Shown: positions 1 to 12,328 of the stretch, piece after piece
How positions within the stretch are numbered: the first letter of the stretch is position 1
How the letters are laid out: each line of letters starts with the position of its first letter
Assembly (NCBI GenBank): GCA_965649765.1
Contig: OZ287748.1
Coordinates: 8,246,001 to 8,310,000, forward strand
Length of the DNA stretch: 64,000 nt
Reading direction: 5' to 3'
Origin: Bispira polyomma
Lineage: Eukaryota
The notes under the pieces: generated by a model
What the model was told of the DNA's origin: nothing
The model's database searches: none
Seen by the model: only the letters and a program-made list of their open reading frames with translations
Position numbers and translations under genes: made by a program

Positions 1-1879
1 AAAATCTGAAATGTGAAACAAATCATTGATGTTTTATTACTATATGACCACCACCTGACATATCAGCACCAAGTCTCAGAACCTTCTAATCTAATGTAAT
101 CTAATCAAACTTTTGTAGTGCTTAATCCCCATTAAGGTTGATTCTAAGGCGCATATATCATGATCATATGCAAGTCATGTACTGTCCATTTCTGAAATAA
201 ATATGTAACTAGGGAGGGAAAGCCCTGGAAAACAACAAATGTTTTACCTTCTGATAAATGTATTGTATTTAAATTTATACATTTAGTGCATTTACCTACC
301 TTTATCAAGTATTCAAGAAGCTAATTAACCAATTTCGTGACTGCCTACTTACAGCCGACCAGCACCGGGAAATGTCATTCCTCTAACTACAGAACATTGA
401 TTGTAGCACTATTAAAGTTTATCATTAAATTTATCATTAATTTTAACATCAAGTGATTAATGGTTCCTCAGTTTTGTAAATAAAATGCAAGCTCCTTTGG
501 TATAAAATTTCCCCTAAAATCAAGATGGCTACCATAAAGTTTTGTGGTTTCAGCTGATTTTACAGCAAAATAAATAAATAAAGATACTTTTTCTATTTTA
601 GCCAAGAAGTTTATATTTTTTTACTTCATAAAATTTAATAATACCATGAAATTTTCCCAACATTTTAATAATATAGTTACAGTCATTTCTTGACATATTA
701 TGCGTGGTACTTGTAAATGTGTATCATGTTTTTTGTGAGCAGTTTTATATACATATTTAATGGTCTGTTTATTTATTTATATAGTACGAAATATATGAAG
801 TACATTGTAAAAGCATATATTTATTTCATTAACCTGTGTGCTGTATATGTATGTTTTCCACATGTACTTCTCAAAATAATTTTTCATAAATGTCAAATGG
901 AAAAATACAAATCAATACTCATTATTAGCTGATACATATATACAGTCTTTTTTTTGTTTGTATTTATTTTCGATCATAAGCAGTTTATAATGAGCAAGTG
1001 TTAAGCATAGCAGTGTTCAATGGGTGAATTATTCAGAGAAATACATCCTTACATTATGACCATTTAAACAGTGTATTTTATCAAACAGAGTATATAGTAC
1101 AAGTTGTAGAGTTCTTTGAAAACTGTGTTTTAATCCATTTGTTTTGTTTTTTTCATGATTAATTGACTATTAGAATATAAATTCTCTTTCATTTTAACAC
1201 CTTTTGAAATAAAATCTTTCAGTTGAATCAATACATATAATTGTTAAATGATCAAGAAACATTTTGTAACTAAATTAAAACTGAACATTGCACAACAACA
1301 CTGCAAGCACATTAACAACTTAATACTTTTTTCTTTGTTTCTGTAAATAAATTATAAATATGTATAATGTTTATAGCAAATGCAGTTTGATATTAAATAA
1401 ATAGAATCTAGGTTCTTACGAGTCTTCATGAGACATGTAGTTCTTGTCGTATGTTTTGTGTTTATATTGTATAATATAACTTGATCATGTATAAAATCCA
1501 CCTGAGGCTAGAAAATGTCACCCTAAAAGATGATATTGATTTTATTGTTGATTAATAGTGTTTTCAGTTTCAACTTGTGTTGAACTCTTTATGATATTCA
1601 TGAAGGTTTTTTTGGGGGGGAACTTTTAATGTGAATTGTGTTAATCCAATAAAAACACAGCATATTAGATCATGTTCCTGGGAGGTAATGCAAAACCCTT
1701 ATTATATAAACACAACATCTTAACTTGGCTGGTATTTACAAATATTGATATTCTTAAAGTTTTGCCTCAATCAATTTGATAGGCTAATAATATGGTGTCA
1801 ATGGATCTGATTTGCCGAGACCAAAAAATGCATTCAAACAATAAATCTGATTTGCAGACACCAAGAAATGCATTGAAAA

Positions 1880-2051
1880 GAGCTTTACAGACTGCCCACG
1901 ACACAACACAATGTTTTTTTTTAGAGGTTTATCTAAGGTCGATAGCAGTGTCGTGCAGTGTCATGCTGGGACCAGTCTGAATAATCAATATATATATTGT
2001 CTTGTTTCTATTTTTATGTAGTGTCGTGTCGTTGGCGATCTGTAAAGCCCT
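1880..2051. mobile_element. MITE with terminal inverted repeats
   Basis: AGAGCTTTACAGAC...CACGACAC at the left and GTGTCGTGTCG...TCTGTAAAGCCCT at the right. A matching half-end lies at ~46530-46560. Confidence 0.65.
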
Positions 2052-2783
2052 TTAGAATGTTTGTGAATATGGCCTCGGAATAATAGAAAAGGTTTAAAAA
2101 AAATAGAAGAGGCAGTTCAGTAGAAAACAACAGTAAAATAGAAATTTGGTGGAGTGAGAGAATGACACCCAGTAAAATTGATCAACTATGGTCTCTACAG
2201 CCTAGCGGTAATGGTGTTGGTTATGGGTTTGATCCTCACTGCAGGTTCAGAGATAAAAAGATTGAGTCCTTGGACTAGATATATATTAGACATACAATAA
2301 AACCCCCATATAGTGAACACTGACAGGACCCAGATCAAATGTTCACTATAAAAAGGTGTTCACTTATTGAGAAGTACTGTACAATTTACTTGTACAAAAT
2401 ATTTAATCATCAGAATAAAATTCTAAAATTAATTCCTGTATTGTGTACAGTTCTGTAAATATCTGGGGAAAAGAGAATTACTAGGAAGGTTTTACACACT
2501 TAAACAGACTTTACAACAGACTTTGGTTTCCTGTGCAAGTGAGTGACCATGTGTTCAGTCACCTAATGCTTTGGAAACTGTATACATGAATAGACATTCA
2601 CCATATATGGACCAATAGGCTGAGGAATACCTATGCTAAGCCAAGACTTTGTCTTAGATCTAGTATACGTTTGTGCTAGATTTAGGACAATGTCTAGACT
2701 TGTAGTCCTTTTGTGAGTACCGCCCCATGTATTGATTTTTGTATCGTTGTATACCCCTTGTGTTTTTTATATATATATATCAG

Positions 2784-2950
2784 CACTGAGTGAGGACGAC
2801 ATGATGCGTCTGCAGACTGACACAGTGTTTGTGAAGGAGACTCTGAAGTACCACGTGGTACCTGAGGTACTGGCCACACAGGACATGAATGAAGGTCAAG
2901 TGATGGACACTCTGTACAAGGCACCACTGAGGGCACATGTCTATCAAAAT
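2784..2950 (+). CDS. Fasciclin (FAS1)-domain protein, internal coding exon (first visible in the window; upstream exons not found here)
   Basis: AG acceptor at 2782-2783 and GTAAGT donor at 2951. Encodes LSEDDMMRLQTDTVFVKETLKYHVVPEVL...LRAHVYQN, including the FAS1 'LKYHVV' motif. The phase-0 end matches the next exon. Confidence 0.9.
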
Positions 2951-3251
2951 GTAAGTGTATGGAGAACCACTCAGGGCACATGTTTATCAAAATGTAAGTG
3001 TATAGAGAACAACTCAGGGCACATGTCTATCAAAATGTAAGTGTATAGAGAACCACTCAGACCACATGTCCATCAATATGTAAGTGTATAGAGAACCACT
3101 CAGGCCACATGTCTATCAAAATGTAAGTGTATGGTAAACCACTCAGGGCACATGTCTATCAAAATGTAAGTGTATGGAGAACCACTCAGGGCACATGTCT
3201 ATCAAAATGTAAGTGTATGGAGAACCACTCAGGGCACATGTCTATCAAAAT
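2923..3251 (+). repeat. 43-bp tandem repeat (7 full units plus a partial exonic copy) reiterating the exon end and GTAAGT donor
   Basis: Unit GTAAGTGTATGGAGAACCACTCAGGGCACATGTCTATCAAAAT starts at 2951, 2994, 3037, 3080, 3123, 3166 and 3209. Confidence 0.95.
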
Positions 3252-3343
3252 GTGTTGAACCCGAGACTTTCTAATGACCAGACCAACTCCCTAACCATGT
3301 TAGACCACCAGACGTCATTGCCTTGTATGTTCTTGGTCTGTAG

Positions 3344-3480
3344 GGCTATGGAGTGAACTCTGCCAAGATCTTGAGGCCCAACCATGTGGCCAGTAATGGA
3401 GTGGTGCATATTGTAGATAGAGTGCTCTTCCCTCCTGTTAAAAGTGCCATGGACATCATCAAACAAGACGCCAGACTCAC
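3344..3480 (+). CDS. FAS1-domain protein exon carrying the H2 motif
   Basis: TGTAG acceptor and GTAAGC donor at 3481. Manual translation GYGVNSAKILRPNHVASNGVVHIVDRVLFPPVKSAMDIIKQDARL contains the FAS1 H2 motif NGVVHxVDxVL. 137 nt, phase 0 to 2. Absent from the ORF track because it has no start codon. Confidence 0.93.
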
Positions 3481-4024
3481 GTAAGCCAATCAGATTGATT
3501 AATACAAATCTAACACCAGCCAATCACATGTGCTGAAATCAAAATTTCCAAAATAGTATTATATTGCTGACTTCAGCCAAGGATCTTTGTGAAACAAAAG
3601 TCTGTCAATTAATATAAAAACTACTGGTTAAGGGATTGGGCATGTCCGAGCAAGGAAAAATCTGTTGATATTTTAGATTAGGGCCCGGGTTCAAAAGTCG
3701 GATAAAAGAATTATTTTTCACTTCTCTAGCACCTTGGCAGAGTATGCGCTCTACTGAGTGCAATTCTAGTTTTATCTGTTCCAAGTGCTCATGATGTAGT
3801 GAGTTTTCAGATGTGTTACTACATTCTCTAGTGTGATTCCAAATTAAAACAAATCTGCTATCTGTTTTCAGAACCTAAAGTAAGCAAAAAATATCAGTAA
3901 ACTAAGTGTAGTTTTTGCAAAGATACTTTGAAAGTTACACATTTCACATATATATCCTTAATTTCTTTTTCGAGCCTTTTTAATGCCAATAAACACTTTG
4001 TGACTAACAACAAGGAATATATGA

Positions 4025-4203
4025 CAGTAGAACCTCTATTATCCAAACAAACTGGGAGAGCAAGATATATTTTGTTCAGATAAGAGAAGGTTCATTTAAA
4101 TAGAAGAGACATTACCTTATAAACAGTGAGAAAAGATAAATTTGGGAAATGATAAATTCAAATATTTGGATAATGCAGGTTCAGATAATATAGTTTCTAC
4201 TGT
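4025..4203. mobile_element. Tc1/mariner-pogo-like MITE family with CAGTAGAACCTCTATTATC termini; representative copy
   Basis: CAGT...ACTG termini, usually in TA context. Further copies or ends at ~7377-7690, 22682-23196, 24640-24816, 29801-30005, 40410, 58830-59008, 61110-61320 and 62927-63112. Confidence 0.7.
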
Positions 4204-4989
4204 ATGTATTAATACAGGGCTTATATAATTTATTATGTAATTTAGTGAGTTTGAAGTTTCTGGCCCTTTATTTCTTAAATTCTGCAAGATGTATTTTAGG
4301 ACTTGATAATAAATACAGACACAAAAGTATATGTTTGTTTACAGTCTTTCTTCCCTAATTTTACTTCATCAAAGATCTTACGTGTGGAGAAAATATATCA
4401 ATAGACTAAAAAGGTTACTTTCAATTATTATTCCCTTTCACAAATGTTCTTGATAATGCTACATGTGTTCCAATTTAACATCTTATGCACAGTGAAATGT
4501 TCATCTTGTAACTATATACGATTGAATATATTTGTGTATAATTTAGCAAAGCAGGCAAGAATAACTCTAACGCTTTTATATGGAAGAAGAAACCCAGTTT
4601 ATAAAAAACCTAGAATAGAATTCCATATCTCCCTATGTGGTTTATGTGTCTGTACAGACAGAAAGAGATCTGATTTCACACATATAACCTAACCATAACA
4701 ATATGTAACAATTGTAGTTTTTATTTAGACTGCTTAAAAATAGGAAATTTTTTATTTATAACAATGAATGTTTTGTCTTCAATGAAACACTTGATGAAAT
4801 ACTTTGCGTACCTTATTTATTACAAAAATCTAATAAATATAAAGTGTGATGTGTACAGTATCTTTTTTCATTACTTTTCCTCACTGAAATGCTACATGTA
4901 ATTGTTAAACCCATAGAAATCTGTATGATATGTATTCAATTTACATGTAATTCAATTTACTCATTTCTTTTTCCGTTAATGCGGTAATC

Positions 4990-6868
4990 GAAGTGTCACC
5001 GGCCGTTTCGACAGCAGGTGATTCAAATCTGCGGCCCCTAAAAGGTTTGCCGTTTTGACACCCAGCCCCAGTGATTACTTCGCGTGGTTATTATGACACC
5101 AATAATAATTTTAATAAAATCATTATCTCTTGCTTAATTTAACGAATAAGGTATCATATTAAAGTGTACAACACAAAAAATTTAAATACTGCATAATTGT
5201 ATCCACCGGAAAACTCCAGTGGATACTATTGATTAGTCATCATTATGCCGCTGCCGTGTTAGTGTGGGTAGAGATATTACCGTTACCGCTCTCCTGAGAA
5301 AACTTTTACACCTAGGCTCTTCAAATTTACTGAAAATGTTCTTTATTACAAAAGCTTGCCTGGGAGTAATTTTGGCCTTATTTTGACAAACAAGATTGCC
5401 GCCACGGGCGTTTCTTTTAAAATAATCAGGCTTTTAACTGTGTCTGTTTCTTAGCTGCAGAAGGTTGGATCTCTTTACGGGTGATATGTTTAACAGATAT
5501 ATATGTCCTTTATAAGCATGCAGACATTTAACCTTGAATCTCCTCCTCATCGACAGAGTGCCAAAGTACCCCAAGTGATCGATTTTGGCCAAACTTTTCC
5601 TAGTGCCTATATCTCGCTTAATATTGGTCCTAGAGGTTTGTGATCTAAAACAAACCTATAGGGAATCATGGGCTGGGAATCTTTTCATGTGGTCTGATTT
5701 GACCTTGGGTCCCTCGTTCAAGGTCAAATGCGGATGGCCAAACTTAAAAGTGCCTATATCTCGCTTAATATTGGTCCTAGAGGTTTGGGATCTGAAACCA
5801 ACCTATTGGAAATCATAAGCAGCGAATCTTTTGATGTGCTCAGAATTGACCTTGGCCCTCTCCTTCAAGGTCAAACAGGGATGGCCAAACCTAAAAGTGC
5901 CTATATCTAACTTATTTTTGGTCACACAGGTTTTGGATGTGGGCTGGGAATCTTTTAATGTGGTCCGATTTGACCTTGGGCCCCTCGTTCAAGGTCAAAT
6001 GCCGATGGCCAAACTTAAAAGTGCCTATATCTCGCTTATTATTGGTCCTACAGGTTTGGAATATGAAACCAACCTGTAGGAAATCAAGGCCAGGGAATCT
6101 TTGGATGTGGTTCGATTTGACCTTTGGCCACTCGTTCAAGGTCAGTCTTGGTCAAACTTAAAAGTGCCTATATCTCGCTTATTATTGGTCATACAGGTTT
6201 GGGATGTGAAACCAACCTATAGTAAATCATGGGCTGCTAATCTTTTGCTGTGGTCAGATTTCATCTTGGATCCCTTGTGCAAGGTCAAATGGGTAGGCCA
6301 AACTTTAAAATGCCTATCTCACACTTATTGATCCCATATGTTTGCAATGTGAAACCCACTTGTGCGATTTGAGGCTTTAGCATAAATGCCTTATAGGAAA
6401 TCTTAGGCTTCTAGCTTGGGTGCTAGCTAGGGTGCTTGCTACCTAAAGTGCTTGCTGCCTAGGGTGCTTTGTCTTTCTGGTAGATATAAATATGCATCAG
6501 TTCTCCGATGCGCTAGGTCTAGTTACAGCTGGTTTGCCAAAACAAATACACAGTAAATTGTAATTAAAATGAATTTATAAATTTAAACATTCCAGCAGGT
6601 TATTGACATAAGGTTAACAGCGATTTACTTAATACACCAGCTATTTTGTAATATTTAAATCTCTGTGTTGTAAACTTTAAAATGATACCTTATTTGTTAA
6701 AAATTAAGCAAGAATGATGATTTTTTAACTAAATCTCAAACATTTATTCCTGTTGGTGTCAAAATGGCCACGCAAACTATACACCAATACAAATATATAA
6801 GGGTGTAAAAACACCCTCCCCTAGCCAATTAGAAATGGCAAGGGTGTTGAAACGGCCCTCAACAGAAG
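4990..6868. mobile_element. Long-TIR MITE interrupted by a Helentron-like insertion
   Basis: 5111-5175 is the approximate reverse complement of 6662-6725. The termini GGCCGTTTCGACA and TGTTGAAACGGCC are inverted. Confidence 0.7.
5196..6524. mobile_element. Helentron-associated non-autonomous element (HINE/DINE-like) with an internal ~147-bp satellite array
   Basis: Subterminal hairpin GTATCCACCGGA-AAAC-TCCAGTGGATAC (5199-5226). About 5.5 tandem units with TGACCTT/AAGGTCA motifs (5587-6360). Short terminal hairpin followed by CTAGTT at 6524. Confidence 0.7.
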
Positions 6869-6976
6869 CACTGTTGTAAGCCTTTTCTTTGAGTGCCTAT
6901 GAACAGCCAGTACTCTCAACTAATCATCACAGCTTTACTGCGTGAAGTATGACAATATGATAATTGTTCTTTTCAG

Positions 6977-7130
6977 AACACTGAATTCCCTGCTGAAAGT
7001 GTCTGGACTAAACAGTAGGCTAGACGGTAATGGACACTATACCTTGTTTGCTCCATCTAACCGAGCCTTCAGCAAGTTACCACGGGAACAGGTCGAGATG
7101 TTAACTGGAGACGACCAACAACTCAGACAG
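6977..7130 (+). CDS. FAS1-domain protein exon carrying the H1 motif of the last repeat
   Basis: TTTTCAG acceptor and CAG|GTAAGA donor. Encodes TLNSLLKVSGLNSRLDGNGHYTLFAPSNRAFSKLP, the FAS1 H1 motif TxFAPxNxAF. 154 nt, phase 2 to 0, consistent with both neighbouring exons. Confidence 0.93.
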
Positions 7131-7397
7131 GTAAGAACAACACAGCTTCTGTAATACACAGTAATACCTCTACTACATCTGTAAGTTACCACGGGAACAG
7201 GTAGAGATGTTAACTGGAGGGGACCAACACCTCAGACAAGTAAATAACAACACTGCTTGTGTAATACACAGTAATACCTCTAATGTATCTGTGAGTTACC
7301 ATGGGAACAGGTAGAGATGTTAACTGGAGACGACCAACAACTCAGACAGGTAATAACAAATTAGCTTCTGTAATATACAGTAATACCTGTACTATCT
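7074..7397 (+). repeat. ~109-110-bp tandem repeat (3 copies) of exon 3' end, donor and MITE terminus
   Basis: (A/G)AGTTACCA(C/T)GGGAACAGGT... starts at 7074, 7183 and 7293. Confidence 0.93.
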
Positions 7398-7970
7398 GAA
7401 CTTTTTTTATACAAATATCTTGATTTTATGAACACACTATATTGCTGCTCTATAAACTGTCCCAAACTGGCCATAGATGGATATATCTGTAAAAAACAGT
7501 AAAACCTCTATTATCTGAACATTTTTATCTAAATATTCTATTTTATGAACACACTCACACTCTCAAAAATCTATGTTTTCCTATAATTTTTTTACCAAAA
7601 ATATGACTCTTCCATTTTTGATGAACCTTCTATTATCCAAACAAGATGTCGCTGTCCCAAACATGTTTGGATAAGAATGGTTCTTTGGTTTACAGTAAAC
7701 TTTGATATAAAGGCAAACTTTTGTTTGTATATTTATGTCGGTTCAAAAAATCAGAGGTATTTTAGAAAAAAATAACTATAATAAAATATGAATATAGGAA
7801 AGTGGACATAAGCTAGTAACATTGAATACTTAGTTAATGGTGGTTTAATTGATACAAAGACAAAGAACATCCTGATTACAAGACAGATGAAGCTATTTTG
7901 CTTATATGCAACTAGATCCTCCCCCCCCCTCCCCTCCTCCATTTACTAAACATGTTGGGATAGCAAGATT

Positions 7971-8555
7971 TAGAAGGTTCATAAAATAGAAATTTTGGTA
8001 AAAAAAGGAAAACAAAAATTTGATAAACTGAAAGTGATCATAAAATTAAATAATTGTATAACAGTAGTTCAGATAATAAAGGTTCTAGTGTGTATTTTCT
8101 TTCCAAATAAACCAAACTTAACTGACAAAGTATGTGCTCATTTATGACACAATCATGATGTCCTCATAACTGTTATGTTGGATAACTGCATTTTATTGTT
8201 TGACAAGTATAAAAGACATGCATAAGTTTATTTTTTGACTAGAAAGAAACTATGTTGAAGATATTGAATTATTTTAGTTAATAGAAGGTTCATAAAATAG
8301 AAATTTTGGTATGAAACAATAGGAGCACAAAAATTTGATTGACTGAAAGTGCTCATAAAATGTTCGGATACCAGAAGTTTAGATAATAAAGGTTCTACTA
8401 GTATGTGTATTTTCTTACGAAATAAACCAAATTTAACAGACAGAAAAAAATGTGTACTCATTTATAATGCAATCATGATGTCCTCTTGGCGGTTATGTTG
8501 GATAATTGTATTTATTGCTTGACAAGTATAAAAAGACATGCATAAGTTGATTTGT
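7971..8555 (+). repeat. ~310-bp diverged direct duplication (MITE end plus flank) in an intron
   Basis: TAGAAGGTTCATAAAATAGAAATTTTGGTA...GACATGCATAAGTT occurs at ~7971-8229 and again at ~8282-8548. Confidence 0.8.
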
Positions 8556-9479
8556 TTTGCTAAAAAAAGCTGTTTTGAAAAAAAATGAGGTGATTATTTA
8601 ATCCTTGGTGATTCATACTGCCTGTATGGTTATATTCTCCTTATGGAATGACAATGTCTTTATTTTAAAATTTTATGCAATAAACTTATTGAGATAATAA
8701 GTTGACAAAAAAAAATAATCTTTTTAAAGTTCAACTCTTTCCGTATGTAGCTGCAAAACCGTCTTTAAGAACAAATCTTGTTCATTTCCTTTCTAATATT
8801 TCATAATAAGATTTCTTTTGAAATAAAATTTCTTTTTATCAATTTCTGTTTCAAATTTAAATTCGCATTATAAAGGTTCTACTGTATTAACATAGATAGG
8901 ACTAAATTTAAAAGAAGAACAAAATTGATTAAACTTCCAGTATTATTTTAAATTTCTGTATGATACCAATTAAATCAATTACTAAATAGGGACTAGTGAT
9001 ATTAATATAATTTGTATTCGACGCATTGCATACATTTATTGTGCTTTGTTATGGTATAGGAGAAGCTTTAATGGTCCATATTAGTACAATCAAACAACAA
9101 GAAAATGTCAGTTTACAAGAGAATAACTGTGTTTATCAACTTGAATATTTAGATGATAGAAGTTTGAGTAATTAGTAGAGAGTTTACTGTAATAGAACTT
9201 AAAAGTCTAGGCCACACATCTAAGGTAGGGCAACAAAGACCCAGCTAGGGATTAGCCAAGAATATCAGTGATTTTATATGTGTGAGTAAGTAGGGGTAAT
9301 TGTTAGAAAATGACCAAAATTTTGGGAAATTTTGGTGTTAAAATTTTAATATAATTATGCAAGAATACATTCGGTTTTATTTGAAAGTTTTAAAACAGTT
9401 TAAAACACCAATAGCACCACAGAGAATAAGGACAAATATTGGTTTATGTCTCCAAGGTTTTTTTCACGGATCCTCCACA

Positions 9480-9782
9480 GTTTACTACAAATTTAAACAA
9501 TAGTTTCTCATATCATATGATGGTCCTAAGCTGTGGAATGATCTGCCTTATGATATGACTGCCTCCTCACTTGCCTGTTTTGAAAAAAGCTCAAAACCTA
9601 CCTATTCAGCAAGGCTTTTATACCTTAGCTTGCCTACCTTTTTCTGGCGTCTTCATGGTCATGCTCCCATGTACGTCCAATGGCTATATGAAATTGTCAA
9701 AATGATTTTCTGTCTTATGCACCTTAGAATCTGGTAGCACAGTGGTAAGCGCTATAAAAGTTTGATCAGATAAGATTAGATT
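9480..9782 (+). mobile_element. L2-clade LINE 3' end fragment
   Basis: Reads DGPKLWNDLPYD, like the L2 C-terminal 'P.LWN.LP' motif, followed by a GCGCTATAAAAG...(ATTAG)-type tail. Reverse copies of the tail lie at ~87-152 and ~31085-31150. Confidence 0.55.
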
Positions 9783-9910
9783 CTGATGTTCTGATTTGTG
9801 AATGTGGGACACCTCAGAGGCAATACAATAACCAATACGAGAAACAGCTCACCTCAGTTATAACTATTACCATGTTCATCTCCATCTTCTTCTTGCAATT
9901 TTCTCTTTAG

Positions 9911-10180
9911 GCCCTTGGCTACCATTTGCTTCCCAAGCAGGTGTTCAGTTCCGGGATCAGTAAGGGGCTGACCTACCGTTACCATACCCTTGCCAAAGAA
10001 TGGCTGCACCTGAAGAAGGAGAAGAAGGATGATCCCATTCTGGTGGACGGGCTGGCAGCCATCACTGAGGCGGACATAGAGACCACCAGTGGAGTCATAC
10101 ATATCGTAGACAATGTACTGAAATGTCCCTGTGTACCAGGATTCCACGAGGATGAGGAGGATGACCGGGCAAGAGGTTGA
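9911..10180 (+). CDS. FAS1-domain protein terminal coding exon
   Basis: Polypyrimidine tract and TTTAG acceptor at 9910. Encodes ALGYHLLP...ADIETTSGVIHIVDNVLKCPCVPGFHEDEEDDRARG*, with the YH and H2 motifs. TGA at 10178-10180. AATAAA candidates at 10279 and 10571. Confidence 0.93.
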   Translation, partial: ALGYHLLPKQVFSSGISKGLTYRYHTLAKEWLHLKKEKKDDPILVDGLAAITEADIETTSGVIHIVDNVLKCPCVPGFHEDEEDDRARG

Positions 10181-11994
10181 AGGGAGGGCTGAAGAAGAAA
10201 CAAGAATCTTCCTGCCAGTGCTTAAAGTTTTGTGAGGGGGAGATTTTGGTTGATGTCTCTAGATTGATTTAGTTTCTTAATAAAAAATGGACTTGGTGAG
10301 ATTTTTAGGGGAAAGGGCCTGTGTGGCAAGTGTCTTATAAGGATTTATACATAAAATATACTGAGGAAAAACAATAGGTTTGTTTATACAGTCAAACCCC
10401 TTTAAGTTTGAACCTAGAAAGGAACACTGTAGGGTAACTGGCTCTATTTAGGCAGGATTTACACTTCTTACACAGTCTTTTTAAAAACTGAGACAAAGGC
10501 TTTTGTGGGACTACATGTGTTTCTCCACACATAACATACTTTAGTTCCACTTAAAGGGGTTTGCCTGTAGAATAAAGAAAGCGAGTTGACATTATATTGT
10601 GTTTTGTTTTTACTTCTGATTACCCATTTCTTGTAAACATAAATATGACAAAAATTTTCAGTGGAATCTTCATGTAAATCATCTTTGATGTGTGTTGTTT
10701 CAAAAAATATACACTGAAGAATTATATCTTTTAAAAAAATTTGGAGGAGTGATTACAATTCTCTGCCCTCAGACTGTAAAGATAATCAGGAAAGGTACCT
10801 ATAGTGATACATTTGTTTATTGCAAGTCGATGTGGTGCTACATCTTTTTTTAAATAACCTTTTTTCTTTATTCATCTTTTTATTGTTGTTCTATAAATAA
10901 AACATTTTTAAAGGTACAGGTACATGTTGTACAAACGTTAGTAAGTTTTGTTTATAACACACCAGTAATGAATAACAAGTGGTCATCATACTCATTACAT
11001 GTGAAACTTACAAAAGATCCCACAATGTCTCATCTGGGTGCTGTAGTATTGTTTGAAGAATTTTGATCTAATACATGCAATGATTTATTATGTAAAAGGG
11101 TTTTTATATGCAGAATTTCTCCTGAAACAACATTATTATTTTACCAAATATTTTCCTGTTATTAAATACGATTACACGTCAAAAGGACTTCTAAAAGTGG
11201 AATTTAGAAATTATTTAAAGGTTGTCTTTGTTAAAACATGCTTCTGCTAGGGTAAAAGTAGATTAACTTGTTGATGACTGTAATATATAATCCATTGTAG
11301 AAAGTAGAATGAATTTAGTGCTTGCTAAAGTTTGACCTTGCTTGACCTTTTGACTCAAATCAAGTGTGAAGGCTATGTTGTCTGACTTATGTATATGGAA
11401 ATAACCTATACTTGTGAGCATTCATTTTAATAGAGCTTTCAATGCTGAATTCAAATATGCAGCCAGATTTTATGTATTTTCGCCAGAGCTAAAACGACCT
11501 TAGCTGGAGATTTTTAGGAGAATACGGCCCCTGTACAGGACTGTCTGTATTTACTACTATGTATTTAGTGCATTCAGCAACATTTTGCTTGGCTGCATCA
11601 TGAAGATATATGTTACATCTTAAATGGTTAATTTTGCCCGGATTTTTCACCAGTTTATGCAACTTGTATTCAAAGGTGTATTTATATCTATTAAATCTAT
11701 ACCTTCTATCCAACTTTTAAAATTGCTTTTGTATTATAAATATTACATAAAAGGTGCTATTTGTATTTTATATTTTGCTAAATTGTCTAACAAGTTTTGC
11801 TACAATTTAAGACATTTTGAAAAAATTGTCTAACAAAACTGCAAACTTTGAGCTTCAAATTTTAAAGTGCCTTTTTTTGTGTCTTAAAGTTTTCATCATT
11901 GTGTAATGTATATTCTGCTAAATGTATCCATATGTTGTGAAAAGCTATATCCTGTTGGTATACTGGCATCCTAAATTTTAAATCTTTTTGTTTA

Positions 11995-12328
11995 TGAAAT
12001 GAAAAAAAAATGAAATAGTACATTTGTTATAGCGCACTTATAGAACACAGCGTCCTTTCAAATGCGCTTCCTCATGGGCAGCCACTATGGGTGCTTGAGG
12101 ATGACCATTTATCAACGTCCCCAAGGATGTTTAATCTGCCACTGGAGATATTACTCAGTGACAGAGGACCACCATTTTAAGTGGTCATCCGAGCCACTAG
12201 GCAAACTTCTGTTCACATCTTGCCTGAGGATGTTATCCCATAACTAAAACTAGCGGCTGGTACCGGGACTTGAACCGGGACCTTCTGATCATCAGACCAA
12301 CACCCTAACCACTAGACCATGGGGGATC
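11995..12328 (-). mobile_element. tRNA-derived SINE, near full length (family A)
   Basis: On -, A-box TGGTCTAGTGG and B-box GGTTCAAGTCC. Colinear with the copies at 22751-23090 and 30354-30580. Confidence 0.85.

Noticed and set aside
2951-3251. Regular 43-bp repeats as a CRISPR array (also the 47-bp and 57-58-bp arrays at 62641 and 60481)
   Set aside because: The units are contiguous with no unique spacers, there are no cas genes, and the context is eukaryotic.
3245-3523. 92-aa minus-strand ORF, and similar ORFs at 9854-10203 and 20795-21212
   Set aside because: These are antisense shadows of the real FAS1 and serpin exons.
5585-6331. Cluster of similar 60-82-aa ORFs
   Set aside because: They are translations of the ~147-bp satellite units and have no protein motif.
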